64,000 bases of DNA from Nitrososphaerota archaeon (GCA_041641295.1 JBEPYO010000001.1:704001-768000); one strand, 5' to 3'. Shown: positions 9,861 through 19,051, counted from the stretch's first letter. The notes: generated by a model not told the origin, from the sequence alone. Program-made: numbers and translations.

Positions 9861-10694
9861 CTAAGCGGCTGAAAGGGCTTTCAGAGAGTCTAACATCCTC
9901 TGGTGGATGGTGCAGAGTCTCCCGTTCCTGATCTGGGCCTCAACTAGTTCCTCATGAGTGTGGGCGTTGTATAGTCTGCACCTCATGTCGCTACAGAATG
10001 CCTCGCCGAAGAGGTAGTAGAAGACCCCCATAAGCGCGTAGCCCTTAACAACCTCGGTTAGCCTCTCATCATCTGGGGAGAGGACCTCTTCCCCTAGCTT
10101 TCGCCTCTCCTCCTCGAGGATGAGCTGCTGCATATCTGGACTCCTTAAGAGCTGGAGCTTGACGTAGACGTCCCTCGGGAGGGCTGGAGCCTCTACGAGA
10201 CCCGTCGTCGATATGAGGACGGGCTGGCCAAGTATTATGGTCCTAGCGTGGCCTCTCCCCTCGCCCAGCTCCTTCGTGACTAGCATCCTCTGAGTCAGTA
10301 TAGTGTGTAGCGTACCGTATCTCAGCTCGTCGGGTGGTATGAGTGATCGGAAGAGGGTTTGTAGCATGTAGCCCTCGTAGAGGATGCCTCCAACCCTCCT
10401 GGCAGGGTTTAACAACATTCTCTCCTCGAAGGCAACCTCACCTGGCAGCGGTTCACCCACAGGCTCACACATCAAAACATCAACAACCCTCGCGGCGGCT
10501 ATAGATGATGAGAGGCGCCTCGGCTCCGCGCCCCAGTGCTCTCGAGCGTGTGTCAGGAATTCGCCTCTTATCTCGACGCTGCAGAGGGGTATCTGTCCCT
10601 GAAGGTACTCGGCCAGCTCGGAGTATCTGATTACACGCGTTGATGGGTCTTTGTAGATGTATAGCTTGAGCCTTCTATAGGGCTTGAGGGTCAA
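9861..10694 (-). CDS. Conserved archaeal putative zinc-binding metallopeptidase-like protein
   Basis: STTGLVEAPA and C-terminal FC-x3-CRLYNAH...LCTIH Cys/His cluster. Confidence 0.6.
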   Translation of the reverse strand: MTLKPYRRLKLYIYKDPSTRVIRYSELAEYLQGQIPLCSVEIRGEFLTHAREHWGAEPRRLSSSIAAARVVDVLMCEPVGEPLPGEVAFEERMLLNPARRVGGILYEGYMLQTLFRSLIPPDELRYGTLHTILTQRMLVTKELGEGRGHARTIILGQPVLISTTGLVEAPALPRDVYVKLQLLRSPDMQQLILEEERRKLGEEVLSPDDERLTEVVKGYALMGVFYYLFGEAFCSDMRCRLYNAHTHEELVEAQIRNGRLCTIHQRMLDSLKALSAA

Positions 10695-10709
10695 ACAGTT
10701 CCCAGCGCG

Positions 10710-11507
10710 CTAGACGGCCTCGGCCTCCAGCTTCTTGAGCTCTTCTAGAGCTATCTCTGCCGCCCTCTTTCCTGATAATAGCATCGCCCCGAAGGTCGGC
10801 CCCATCCTCGGCAGACCATAGGTCTCCACCACGGCCATCCCCGCAACTATCAGCCCCGGGTAGACGACACCGGTATACTCGACCACTGCGTCCTCAGACC
10901 TCTCCACCCACATCGCCCCCATACCCCGAATCTTAACAAGACCCCGCGCCTCGAGCTTCTTCACGGCAGCGGCGTCATGCCCAGAGGCGTCAATCACAAG
11001 GCTAGCCTCCAAGGCTATCGGATCGACACAGGTAATCTGTCTTGGAAGGCCCTCGACTGGTGTCCAGTTAACCACGACGCCCCTAACTGCATTATCTCTC
11101 ACCACCACGTCGTCGAGCTTTGTAAGGTTGAGGAATTTGACGCCGGCGTCGCAGGCGGAGGCTATGAGTTTGGAGCATGCATGGGGTCCATGAGCGACGT
11201 ACAGTCCCTCGACATATTTCTTATATGGGACTCCGAGCTCGTCTAGTATCTCTTGAGCTGGGGCCCTGAAGGTTACAGGATTCATCAGGTATCCGCCGAT
11301 CCAGAACCCCCCGCCGAGGTAGTTGTTCTGCTCAATCACTAGGACACGCACCCCATTCTTCGCCAGTTCCCTAGCCGCCATCAGACCCGCAGGACCGGCA
11401 CCCACCACTATCACGTCACTCCGCGCATACTCGCTGAACATTTCTATGAATGATGAGGCTATGGCCCTTGTAATGTCCGACTCTTTAACAGGGCTGAAGA
11501 TTGGCAC
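10710..11507 (-). CDS. thi4: Thiazole synthase Thi4 (Cys-type)
   Basis: [32 protein letters not shown] motifs. Confidence 0.92.
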   Translation of the reverse strand: MPIFSPVKESDITRAIASSFIEMFSEYARSDVIVVGAGPAGLMAARELAKNGVRVLVIEQNNYLGGGFWIGGYLMNPVTFRAPAQEILDELGVPYKKYVEGLYVAHGPHACSKLIASACDAGVKFLNLTKLDDVVVRDNAVRGVVVNWTPVEGLPRQITCVDPIALEASLVIDASGHDAAAVKKLEARGLVKIRGMGAMWVERSEDAVVEYTGVVYPGLIVAGMAVVETYGLPRMGPTFGAMLLSGKRAAEIALEELKKLEAEAV

Positions 11508-11927
11508 GATGCTCCTTTGTGGCGCCTAGGCTTTAAACTAGGATATAAGTCGGTTATGGGTTCAGAGCTGCGTTTTATCTAGCGGGTATGGTTGACGCCT
11601 ACAAAACTAGGCAGGAAGGGTGAGGGGAGAAATATTAGAAAAGCTGCGAGCCGCTGCTTAGCCATCTAAGCTCCGTGTCATGGTCTTGGGCTTCGACCCC
11701 TCACCCCTTTCCCTTTTAAATACGAGCTGAAACCCAATCCCCACACCAATTTCTACACCCATGGCTTGACGGTATTCTCCCCCAAGTTGGCTTTTGAGCC
11801 TGTCTATTCTAGTCCGTCCCCCTGATGACTACTATTTCCTAGGTATAGCCAGCATAGGCTTCCCCCACAACTATAGCCAAATATTTTAAGTGAGGAGGTT
11901 TACAATTATAGCTGGAAGGGGAGTACC

Positions 11928-12683
11928 ATGTTTACTATGAGGCTTCCCAACGCAGATTACGCTGCAGACCTCTTTAAGGCGGTAGCCGCAGTAGTTGACG
12001 AGGCCTCATTCAAGGTTACTCAGGACTCGTTAAGGCTCGTGTCTATGGATCCCGCGCATGTGAGTCTTGTAGACTTTGAGCTGAGGAAGGAGGCCGCAGA
12101 GGAGTTCGTGGCAGACAAGGAGACGGAGCTGACAGTCAACCTTCAGGAGCTGCTCAAATTCCTCAAAAGGGCGAAGAAGGGCGAGTCACTGACACTCGTC
12201 TACGAGGAGGAGAAGAGGAAGCTGAACATAATACTGACAGACCCGACCAAGTCGCGGGAGAGGAGGTACCAGCTCAACACCCTCGAGCCCGTAGCCGGTA
12301 CTAGCGCCTCTCCCAAGCTAGTCTTCGAGGCTAGGGCGAGGGTAAACTCTGAGGCACTGTGGGAGGCCGTCGAGGACGCAAGCCTAGTCTCAGACTCTGT
12401 CAAGATAATCATCCAGCCCTCCGCTGTGATATTGATGGCTAAAGGCGACATGGGAGTGGTTGAGAACAAGCTCTCAAGGGATGGCGCGCTAGTGTATGAG
12501 GTGGAGGCCCCCCACGAGGTTGTAGCAAGCTTCAGCCTCGCCTACCTAGAGCGGATAGTCAAGCCGGGGCGGGACTTATCCGAGGAGACGCTCATACAGC
12601 TTAGCAGCAACAAGCCGATAAAGCTGACCTTCACTCTTCCCGCAGGCAGGCTTGAATACCTCATAGCGCCTAGGCTGGAGTGA
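11928..12683 (+). CDS. pcn: DNA polymerase sliding clamp PCNA
   Basis: SMDPAHVSLVDF, FSLAYL, YLIAPRLE; preceded by SD-like GGGGAG. Confidence 0.96.
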   Translation: MFTMRLPNADYAADLFKAVAAVVDEASFKVTQDSLRLVSMDPAHVSLVDFELRKEAAEEFVADKETELTVNLQELLKFLKRAKKGESLTLVYEEEKRKLNIILTDPTKSRERRYQLNTLEPVAGTSASPKLVFEARARVNSEALWEAVEDASLVSDSVKIIIQPSAVILMAKGDMGVVENKLSRDGALVYEVEAPHEVVASFSLAYLERIVKPGRDLSEETLIQLSSNKPIKLTFTLPAGRLEYLIAPRLE

Positions 12684-12799
12684 GGCCGGATACCCTTTCT
12701 TTCATCCCTGCAGGAAATCACTTTCTGTGAAATGTTTTTAAGTGGATTACGCAAGCTGCGGTAGGCTTTAATGACAAGACAACACCTACATATTTATCA

Positions 12800-13498
12800 G
12801 TGAGCAGAGACCAGCCGGGTGAGCGGGAGGTAGCCAAGCAGGCTGATAGGCCTTCTGAGAGTGATTTTGCGAGGGACATTAACGCGCTAGTGGAGAGGCT
12901 AGCAGAGGTACTGGGCCAGTCTCTCAGGGACCAGCTCTCCAAGATTGGGGCTAAGCTCATAGACATGCATCAGAGAGGGCTTGTTAAGATCAACCATTCC
13001 GTAATGGAGGTTATCTGTGCGGGCCACTTGGCGAGGCTGGGATACGAGGTGGACGTGGAGAGGTATCTCGGCGATGCGCTCGTCTGCGACGTCTTTGGCG
13101 AGAGGGGAGGTAGCACCCAGATCATCGAGATAGAAACTGGCTTCGCCCCGCCCGAGGCCGCCCTCGACCCCCAGAGGTATCTACGGGCACGCGTGGTTAG
13201 CAAGGTTGCGCGATATAGCAAATATGCAGACAAGTTCAGCCTAGCAACACCCCGCTACAACGTGCTAGAGATCCCGGAGCCCCTATTAAAGCCGCCGAGG
13301 CTTAGAGAGGCTGGAGAAGTAGAGTCGCTGAAGAGGCTCTGCGACATCTACTACAGCAGACCACCCATCCAGATAGACGAGCTGCGCAACTGCAGAATAC
13401 ACTCCATAATAGTCATCAACATCGACGATCTCGAGATGATAGAATATTCGCCGGAACAGTATTACGAGAAAGTCCTCAGACACGTGTTGGCTCCGTAA
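12800..13498 (+). CDS. Conserved hypothetical protein, PD-(D/E)XK nuclease-like fold
   Basis: GYEVDVE...CDVFG...IIEIETG resembles the restriction-endonuclease-like core. Confidence 0.55.
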   Translation: MSRDQPGEREVAKQADRPSESDFARDINALVERLAEVLGQSLRDQLSKIGAKLIDMHQRGLVKINHSVMEVICAGHLARLGYEVDVERYLGDALVCDVFGERGGSTQIIEIETGFAPPEAALDPQRYLRARVVSKVARYSKYADKFSLATPRYNVLEIPEPLLKPPRLREAGEVESLKRLCDIYYSRPPIQIDELRNCRIHSIIVINIDDLEMIEYSPEQYYEKVLRHVLAP

Positions 13499-13502
13499 AA
13501 TA

Positions 13503-13687
13503 GGTGGGGCGCCTTTCGGGGAGGGCGCGCGACGTGCGTGTTAGACCCCTAGGCCCCACGCACACCGTGAGCACCATCCCCAATCTCTTTGCCCACGGTT
13601 TCCCGATGGGTCCACGAGACTGGAGATTCCTCGAGACGCCAGGCTATCCTGACGCCTCTTGGATCTCCCCTGTCCCGGGCGCCCCGC
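13503..13687 (-). ncRNA. Putative ~185-nt structured ncRNA (four-way junction), family unrecognised
   Basis: Terminal stem 13678-13685/13506-13513 and three long arms; many G-U pairs valid only on the minus strand; TTTATATA at 13717-13710; TATTTT just downstream. Confidence 0.75.
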
Positions 13688-13709
13688 TGCATAGGAAACT
13701 AGGGTCTCC

Positions 13710-13717
13710 TATATAAA
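13710..13717 (-). promoter_or_regulatory. TATA box for the putative ncRNA
   Basis: TTTATATA on the minus strand, about 23 nt before the terminal stem. Confidence 0.6.
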
Positions 13718-13758
13718 CGTTTGCATCAACTTATTTAGAATAATACGCAATTATTACT

Positions 13759-16056
13759 TCAAGCCGGCTTTACGGGTTTTTCTCGTATTATTCGCCAAAT
13801 CTGGTAGGGTGTTAGCGGCGTATCCACTACCCTGACGCCGAGTGGCGCCAGCGCATCCTCGACAGCGTTTACCACCGCCTGCGTCAAGCCAATTGTCGCG
13901 GCCTCCCCGACACCTTTAGCCCCTAACGGGTTAGGAGCAGGTGTCTCGGTCCTCTCCGTCAGGATTTCAGGTATCTCCACAGCGGTGGGGATGAGGTAGT
14001 CTCCGAAGTTGGAGTTGACGAGGTTTCCGTCGCTGTCGTAGAAGGCCTCCTCGTAGAGGGCCTGGGCTAGTGCTTGGACTGCTCCACCAATCACCTGCCC
14101 CTCCACCAGAAGCGGGTTAACAACCCTTCCACAGTCATCGACAAGCACTAGCCTCTTCACCTCCACCCTACCCGTCTCCGTATCTATCTCGACCACCGCC
14201 ACATGCGTCCCAAACGGATACGTCAGCTGCGGACTGTAGCCCGCCTCCGCTGACAGCCCGGGTTCCATACCCGCAGGCAGTGCCGAAGGGTCATACGCTA
14301 GGGCGGCGACCTCCTTGATCGTCACGGACTTCTCTGGGACACCCTTCACGCGAGCCTTCCCATCAACAAGCTCTAAGTCCTCCGGCCTGGCCTCCAGCAT
14401 ATGAGCCGCAAGCCTCAGTATCTTTTCTCTCACCTTCATAGAGGCTTGTAGGACCGCGTTACCGCCAGAAGCCAGCGTCCAGCTACCGGCCGTCCCAGGT
14501 CCCCATCCGATCAGAGAAGTATCACCAAATATTACGTCGACATCCTTTATGTCCACGCCCAGTGCGTCAGCGGCTATCTGTGCGAAGGCGGTCTCCTCAC
14601 CCTGACCATGTGGCAGCGTTCCAGAAATCACTTTAACCCTGCCATCCTTCTCCACACTCACTATAGCAGGAGTGGGAGCAAAGTTACATACCTCGATGTA
14701 GCTTGAGATTCCTATTCCCAACAGCTTGCCCACCGCCCTCAGCTCGGACTGTTTTCGCCTAAGCTCCTCATAGCCCACAATCTCGAGCGCCTTGTTAAGA
14801 GCCTGCTCATAGTTCCCAGAGTCATACTTGTGACCGGTTATAGTCTCGTAGGGGAACTCATCCGGCCTGATGAAATTCCTTCTCCTAACCTCCGCAGGAT
14901 CGATTCCCAGCTCCCTCGCAATCCTATCCATAGTCCGCTCAATTATGTATGAGGCCTCTGGCCTACCCGCGCCCCTATACGCCGCGGTTGGAACTTTATT
15001 GGTGAAGACACCGGTGACCTCGGCCTCCAAGCCCTTCAGCTTATAGCAACCCGGCAGCATTCCGACAATCCCCTCAGGAACCTGTATCGTAGAGAAGTAT
15101 GGATAAGCGCCGAGATCCGTCAAGATTCTAGCCCTAACCCCGAGAAGCCGGCCATCACTCTTCACAGCCGCCTCGACCCAAGCAGCAGTACCCCGCCCAT
15201 GAGTTGTAGTGTGGAAGTTCTCACTACGCGTCTCAATCCACTTTATAGGCCGCCCAAGAAGTTTGGCCAAGAGAGGGATCACAACATCTTCAGGATAGTG
15301 CTCAAGTTTCGAGCCAAAGGCCCCGCCTATGTCTGGTGCTATAACCTGAATCTTAGACTCAGGTATTCCAAGGGCCTCTGCAGTCCAGCTGCGAAAGTCG
15401 TGTGGGAACTGCTTAGTGGCCCAGATCCTCAGGTAACCGACCCCCTCGTCAAAAACCGCCACCACTCCGCGACACTCCATCGCAGCGGGGACAAGCCTCT
15501 GTATTCTCAGCTGGACATCGACGACCCTGTCGGCCTCCCTGAAGGCCGCCTCGGCATCACCATAGACACGCTTCCTTGTGAAGCAGACATTGTCTGGGAA
15601 GTCATCATGTATGACAGGCGCGCCAGGCCTAGAAGCTTCAAGTGGGTCTACAACCGGCTCAAGCCTCTCGTAATCCACGCTGATGTATTCTAGAGCGTCC
15701 CGCGCCGTGTAGGGGTCGTTAGCCACTACAACTGCAACAGGCTCGCCAACATACCTAACCTTTCCCTCCGCGAGAGGTTTAACCACAAAACCCCTCCGCC
15801 CCCGCGGTACATCCACATGTATACCACCACACATCTTGTTAAGCTCCTCGCCTGTGAAGGCGGCCACCGCGCCATTTTGAAGTGCACCAGACACATCGAT
15901 ACTAGTTATTCTCGCGTGGGCGAATGGGCTCCTAAGAAAGGCCGCATAAAGCATTCGCGGGATACTTATATCATCTATGTATCTTCCCCTCCCGGTTAAA
16001 AACCTCAGATCCTCCTTTCGCGGGATGGGCTTACCAACGTAGGTCGCTGACTGCAC
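13759..16056 (-). CDS. Xanthine-dehydrogenase-family molybdopterin large subunit (CoxL form II/CutA-like)
   Basis: GGAFGSK, AYRGAGRPE, HGQGEET, GAKGVGEA motifs. Confidence 0.9.
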   Translation of the reverse strand: MQSATYVGKPIPRKEDLRFLTGRGRYIDDISIPRMLYAAFLRSPFAHARITSIDVSGALQNGAVAAFTGEELNKMCGGIHVDVPRGRRGFVVKPLAEGKVRYVGEPVAVVVANDPYTARDALEYISVDYERLEPVVDPLEASRPGAPVIHDDFPDNVCFTRKRVYGDAEAAFREADRVVDVQLRIQRLVPAAMECRGVVAVFDEGVGYLRIWATKQFPHDFRSWTAEALGIPESKIQVIAPDIGGAFGSKLEHYPEDVVIPLLAKLLGRPIKWIETRSENFHTTTHGRGTAAWVEAAVKSDGRLLGVRARILTDLGAYPYFSTIQVPEGIVGMLPGCYKLKGLEAEVTGVFTNKVPTAAYRGAGRPEASYIIERTMDRIARELGIDPAEVRRRNFIRPDEFPYETITGHKYDSGNYEQALNKALEIVGYEELRRKQSELRAVGKLLGIGISSYIEVCNFAPTPAIVSVEKDGRVKVISGTLPHGQGEETAFAQIAADALGVDIKDVDVIFGDTSLIGWGPGTAGSWTLASGGNAVLQASMKVREKILRLAAHMLEARPEDLELVDGKARVKGVPEKSVTIKEVAALAYDPSALPAGMEPGLSAEAGYSPQLTYPFGTHVAVVEIDTETGRVEVKRLVLVDDCGRVVNPLLVEGQVIGGAVQALAQALYEEAFYDSDGNLVNSNFGDYLIPTAVEIPEILTERTETPAPNPLGAKGVGEAATIGLTQAVVNAVEDALAPLGVRVVDTPLTPYQIWRIIREKPVKPA

Positions 16057-16226
16057 GGATGAAAACTATTAGAACCTCACCTAAATATTTACTTCCCACG
16101 GCAGAGCGAAAGGAGCTATACCTCAGTCCACAAGCCCCCTATAAGCGCTGGCACGATTTGAATAATGTTTAACGAATACCCTTATTTGAGGTAAAATTGT
16201 TCACTTTATCCTGTATTTATCGCCCC

Positions 16227-16247
16227 TGTCAATGACACATTTAAATA
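16227..16247 (+). promoter_or_regulatory. glnA promoter: TGTCA-A-TGACA palindrome next to TATA box TTTAAATA
   Basis: Palindrome at 16227-16237; TATA at 16240-16247. Confidence 0.5.
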
Positions 16248-16272
16248 TGACTTATTATCCAATGTTCGCAAA

Positions 16273-16404
16273 ATGATGGTCCGTAAAACGGTAGGGTGCG
16301 GAGAAATTATAGCAGATGGACACGAAGTAGCCTGTATCTACGGCTATACAGTCAACGCGCTCGCGGAAGCTCCTCTGCCCACTTCCTTAATCGGGGGGTG
16401 TTGA
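16273..16404 (+). CDS. Putative 43-aa small protein/uORF upstream of glnA
   Basis: ATG about 26 nt after the TATA box; MMVRKTVGCGEIIADGHEVACIYGYTVNALAEAPLPTSLIGGC; stop ends 4 nt before the glnA ATG. Confidence 0.4.
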   Translation: MMVRKTVGCGEIIADGHEVACIYGYTVNALAEAPLPTSLIGGC

Positions 16405-16408
16405 AGGC

Positions 16409-17926
16409 ATGCCGTTTATCTTTGAGAACGGAGAACTCATCCCGTGGAGGATGACCATAGACCAAGTACTGGAGAACATTAAAAGGAATGGCATAAAATA
16501 CATCGACCTCCAGTTCACTGATGTTCCAGGCAGGCTCCAGCACGTAACAATTCCGACCAAATTCCTTGACGAGGATGCATTCTCCTCAGGTGTCCCAAAG
16601 CTCGACGGCTCATCAATCAGAGGATTCGTAGATATACACGAGTCCGACCTAGTACTTTATCCAGACCCCTCAACCTACGCCATCATACCATGGATACCCG
16701 ACCACGTAAAGACGGCTAGGATGATATGTAATGTGGGCTGGGGGATGGCGCGCGGAAGGCTAGAGAAGGACCCGCGATATATAGCTCAGAGGGCGGAGAT
16801 GTACGCGGCCGAGCAGGGATATGACCTCTCCCTCTGGGGACCCGAAATCGAGTTCTTCGTCTTCGACAAAGTCCACTGGGATGTCCTAGACGCCTATAGA
16901 GGCCAGTCCTACAGCATAGAGTCGAAAGAAGCGGCGTGGAGCAGCGCCGGAACCAACTACCCCATCAGGTTTAAGGAGGGCTACTACCCCGCACCACCGC
17001 ATGACACGTTGATGGTCTTCAGGTCCGAGTGCGTCAACATACTCACTGACTATTTCCACATACCCTGCGACGCCCACCACCACGAAGTAGCAACTGCAGG
17101 ACAGTGCGAGATAGACATGTATAGAGACACCCTCACAAACATGGCCGACAACTCCATAACATACAAATTCGTTGTCAAGAACCTAGCCGCCCAGAACGGA
17201 ATGATAGCCACATTTATGCCAAAGCCCATATTCGGCGATAACGCATCAGGCATGCATACCCATGTTAGCCTATGGAGAAGTAGTGGTAAGGTCAAGTCAA
17301 ACCCCGGCCACGCCATCCTACAACTAGACGGGCATGAGAACCTCTTCTACGACGAGAATGACGACTACGCCGAGTTAAGCCAGCTCGGCAGATACTTCGG
17401 TGGAGGGCTGCTAGAGCATAGCAGAGCCCTCTGCGCAATAGTGGCACCCACGACCAACAGCTACAGGAGACTCGTGCCTGGATATGAGGCGCCAGTCTTC
17501 ATAGCCTGGAGCAGAAGCAACAGGTCAGCAAACGTGAGAGTACCGGTATATCATAAAGGCCGCGCAGCGAGCGCCAAAAAGAGAATCGAGTTCAGGACAC
17601 CAGACCCATCATGCAACCCATACCTCTGCTTCGCGGCAATAATGGCTGCAGGGCTTGACGGAATCAAGAAAAAGATCGATATAGGAGACCCTGTCGACGA
17701 GGACATATACAAGCTAACCCCGGAGAAGAGGAGGCAGCTTGGAATCAAGCAACTCCCAGGAAGCCTGAAAGAGGCGATCGAAGAGCTCGAGTCAGACCAC
17801 GACTTTCTTAAACCCATATTCCCGAGCGAGCTCATAGACACAATAATAGAGAACGGTGTGAGAGAGCATACGCAGGTCTCCGCACGACCACACCCCTACG
17901 AATTCTACCTATACTTCGACATCTAG
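16409..17926 (+). CDS. glnA: Glutamine synthetase type I
   Basis: DGSSIRGF, HHHEVATAGQCEI, FMPKP, NASGMHTH, RLVPGYEAP, IEFRTPDP. Confidence 0.97.
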   Translation: MPFIFENGELIPWRMTIDQVLENIKRNGIKYIDLQFTDVPGRLQHVTIPTKFLDEDAFSSGVPKLDGSSIRGFVDIHESDLVLYPDPSTYAIIPWIPDHVKTARMICNVGWGMARGRLEKDPRYIAQRAEMYAAEQGYDLSLWGPEIEFFVFDKVHWDVLDAYRGQSYSIESKEAAWSSAGTNYPIRFKEGYYPAPPHDTLMVFRSECVNILTDYFHIPCDAHHHEVATAGQCEIDMYRDTLTNMADNSITYKFVVKNLAAQNGMIATFMPKPIFGDNASGMHTHVSLWRSSGKVKSNPGHAILQLDGHENLFYDENDDYAELSQLGRYFGGGLLEHSRALCAIVAPTTNSYRRLVPGYEAPVFIAWSRSNRSANVRVPVYHKGRAASAKKRIEFRTPDPSCNPYLCFAAIMAAGLDGIKKKIDIGDPVDEDIYKLTPEKRRQLGIKQLPGSLKEAIEELESDHDFLKPIFPSELIDTIIENGVREHTQVSARPHPYEFYLYFDI

Positions 17927-18037
17927 AACTCTATTCTAATTCCAAGGACACCGAATTAATTTATGACGACCATTAAAATATCTAACTATGGGGCGGCATA
18001 TCAGGGCTTATGCATAATGAGCATTAAGGTTAGACTA

Positions 18038-18766
18038 TCATCTCAGACCGATTAGGAAACTCGCAGCCATTATCAGAAGGATCACACCACTCAGCTTGGG
18101 TATGAGGCTTTCATACCTCTTGAGCCTCTCTTCAACCCTGCCATATACCATGACAGCGGCCATAGTCACGCCAACCAAACCCGCCGTCACAGCCAAGCTG
18201 TAGATCAGCATAAGAGCCAGCGGGTCTACCCCGCCGACGGCAAGGGCTAAGAGAGCGAACTCCTCCTCATGGGCAAACCCTAAGAAGAAAGCAGAGACGG
18301 CTATCCCCCAGAGACCAGTCAAAACTCTATTCCCACATCTGTGAGGGTGCGTATGTCTTATGCCGCCGGGATGCTCGTGTTCATGCCCATGCACACCTCC
18401 TTCGAAATCACCGTGAAGATGCCCATGAGCCTTCTTGGAATTATCTCCCGGCCTCTCTAACAAATACTTGATACCTAGGATGAGAAGAGCAGCTCCCGCG
18501 ACGTAGTTCAGGTATGGTAAGGAAAAGTCTATAGCCGCCTTCAGAACCATGTACGCCGCAACCACCGCCAAAGAGGAGATCAAGTGGAAATATGAAATCA
18601 CTACAGAGCCAACAAATGCCCTTAGAGGGCGGCTCGCCGGCCCCCTTGAACGAGGATTGGCCGCATATAGAAGAGCGAGAGGCCAGCCATGCCCCGGATC
18701 CAAACCGTGCAGCAAGCCTATGAACGCAACGGCGAAATAAACAGCTTCAACCATTGGAATTGCCAT
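18038..18766 (-). CDS. His-rich nickel/cobalt transporter (NiCoT/RcnA-like)
   Basis: GLLHGLDPGHGWP TM motif, His-rich loop HGHLHG...HGHEHEH, GFAHEEE. Confidence 0.8.
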   Translation of the reverse strand: MAIPMVEAVYFAVAFIGLLHGLDPGHGWPLALLYAANPRSRGPASRPLRAFVGSVVISYFHLISSLAVVAAYMVLKAAIDFSLPYLNYVAGAALLILGIKYLLERPGDNSKKAHGHLHGDFEGGVHGHEHEHPGGIRHTHPHRCGNRVLTGLWGIAVSAFFLGFAHEEEFALLALAVGGVDPLALMLIYSLAVTAGLVGVTMAAVMVYGRVEERLKRYESLIPKLSGVILLIMAASFLIGLR

Positions 18767-19051
18767 TGATTCGCAATTATTAATTATTACGCAGCCTTCA
18801 GACTTTAAGCATCATATCTCCTCAAGAACTAGCGTACAACAAACTTATACTCAGATACATGCAGATTGAGTTGGGAAAGCTTTGGAAAAGATATCTCTGA
18901 AATTGACGAGAATGTTCAGAATTGACCGTCACCTACTGATTTAGAATGCTTTAATCAGCCCACTATAAACACCGCCATAGGTTTCATACACTCACAACGT
19001 ACGCAATGCTGAATATATCCAAGCCCAATCACTCAACCTTAATTTTCATCA

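Noticed and set aside
11508-11927. TPP riboswitch upstream of thi4, or a C/D sRNA at CTGATGA 11822
   Set aside because: No CUGAGA or ACCUGAU cores on the minus strand; thi4 has a TATA box about 25 nt from its start; no properly placed D box
13503-13687. RNase P RNA (hairpin followed by GAGGAAUCUCC resembles conserved region I) or tmRNA/tRNA-like ends
   Set aside because: No CR-V/P4 partner near the 3' end and no T-loop; those nucleotides are better explained by the arm 1 and arm 2 helices
13504-13716. 70-aa plus-strand ORF
   Set aside because: Pro/Gly/Arg-rich shadow of the GC-rich structured RNA; G-U polarity and the TATA box favour a minus-strand RNA
13759-16056. Form I aerobic CO dehydrogenase
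   Set aside because: Active-site loop is AYRGAGR, not AYXCSFR
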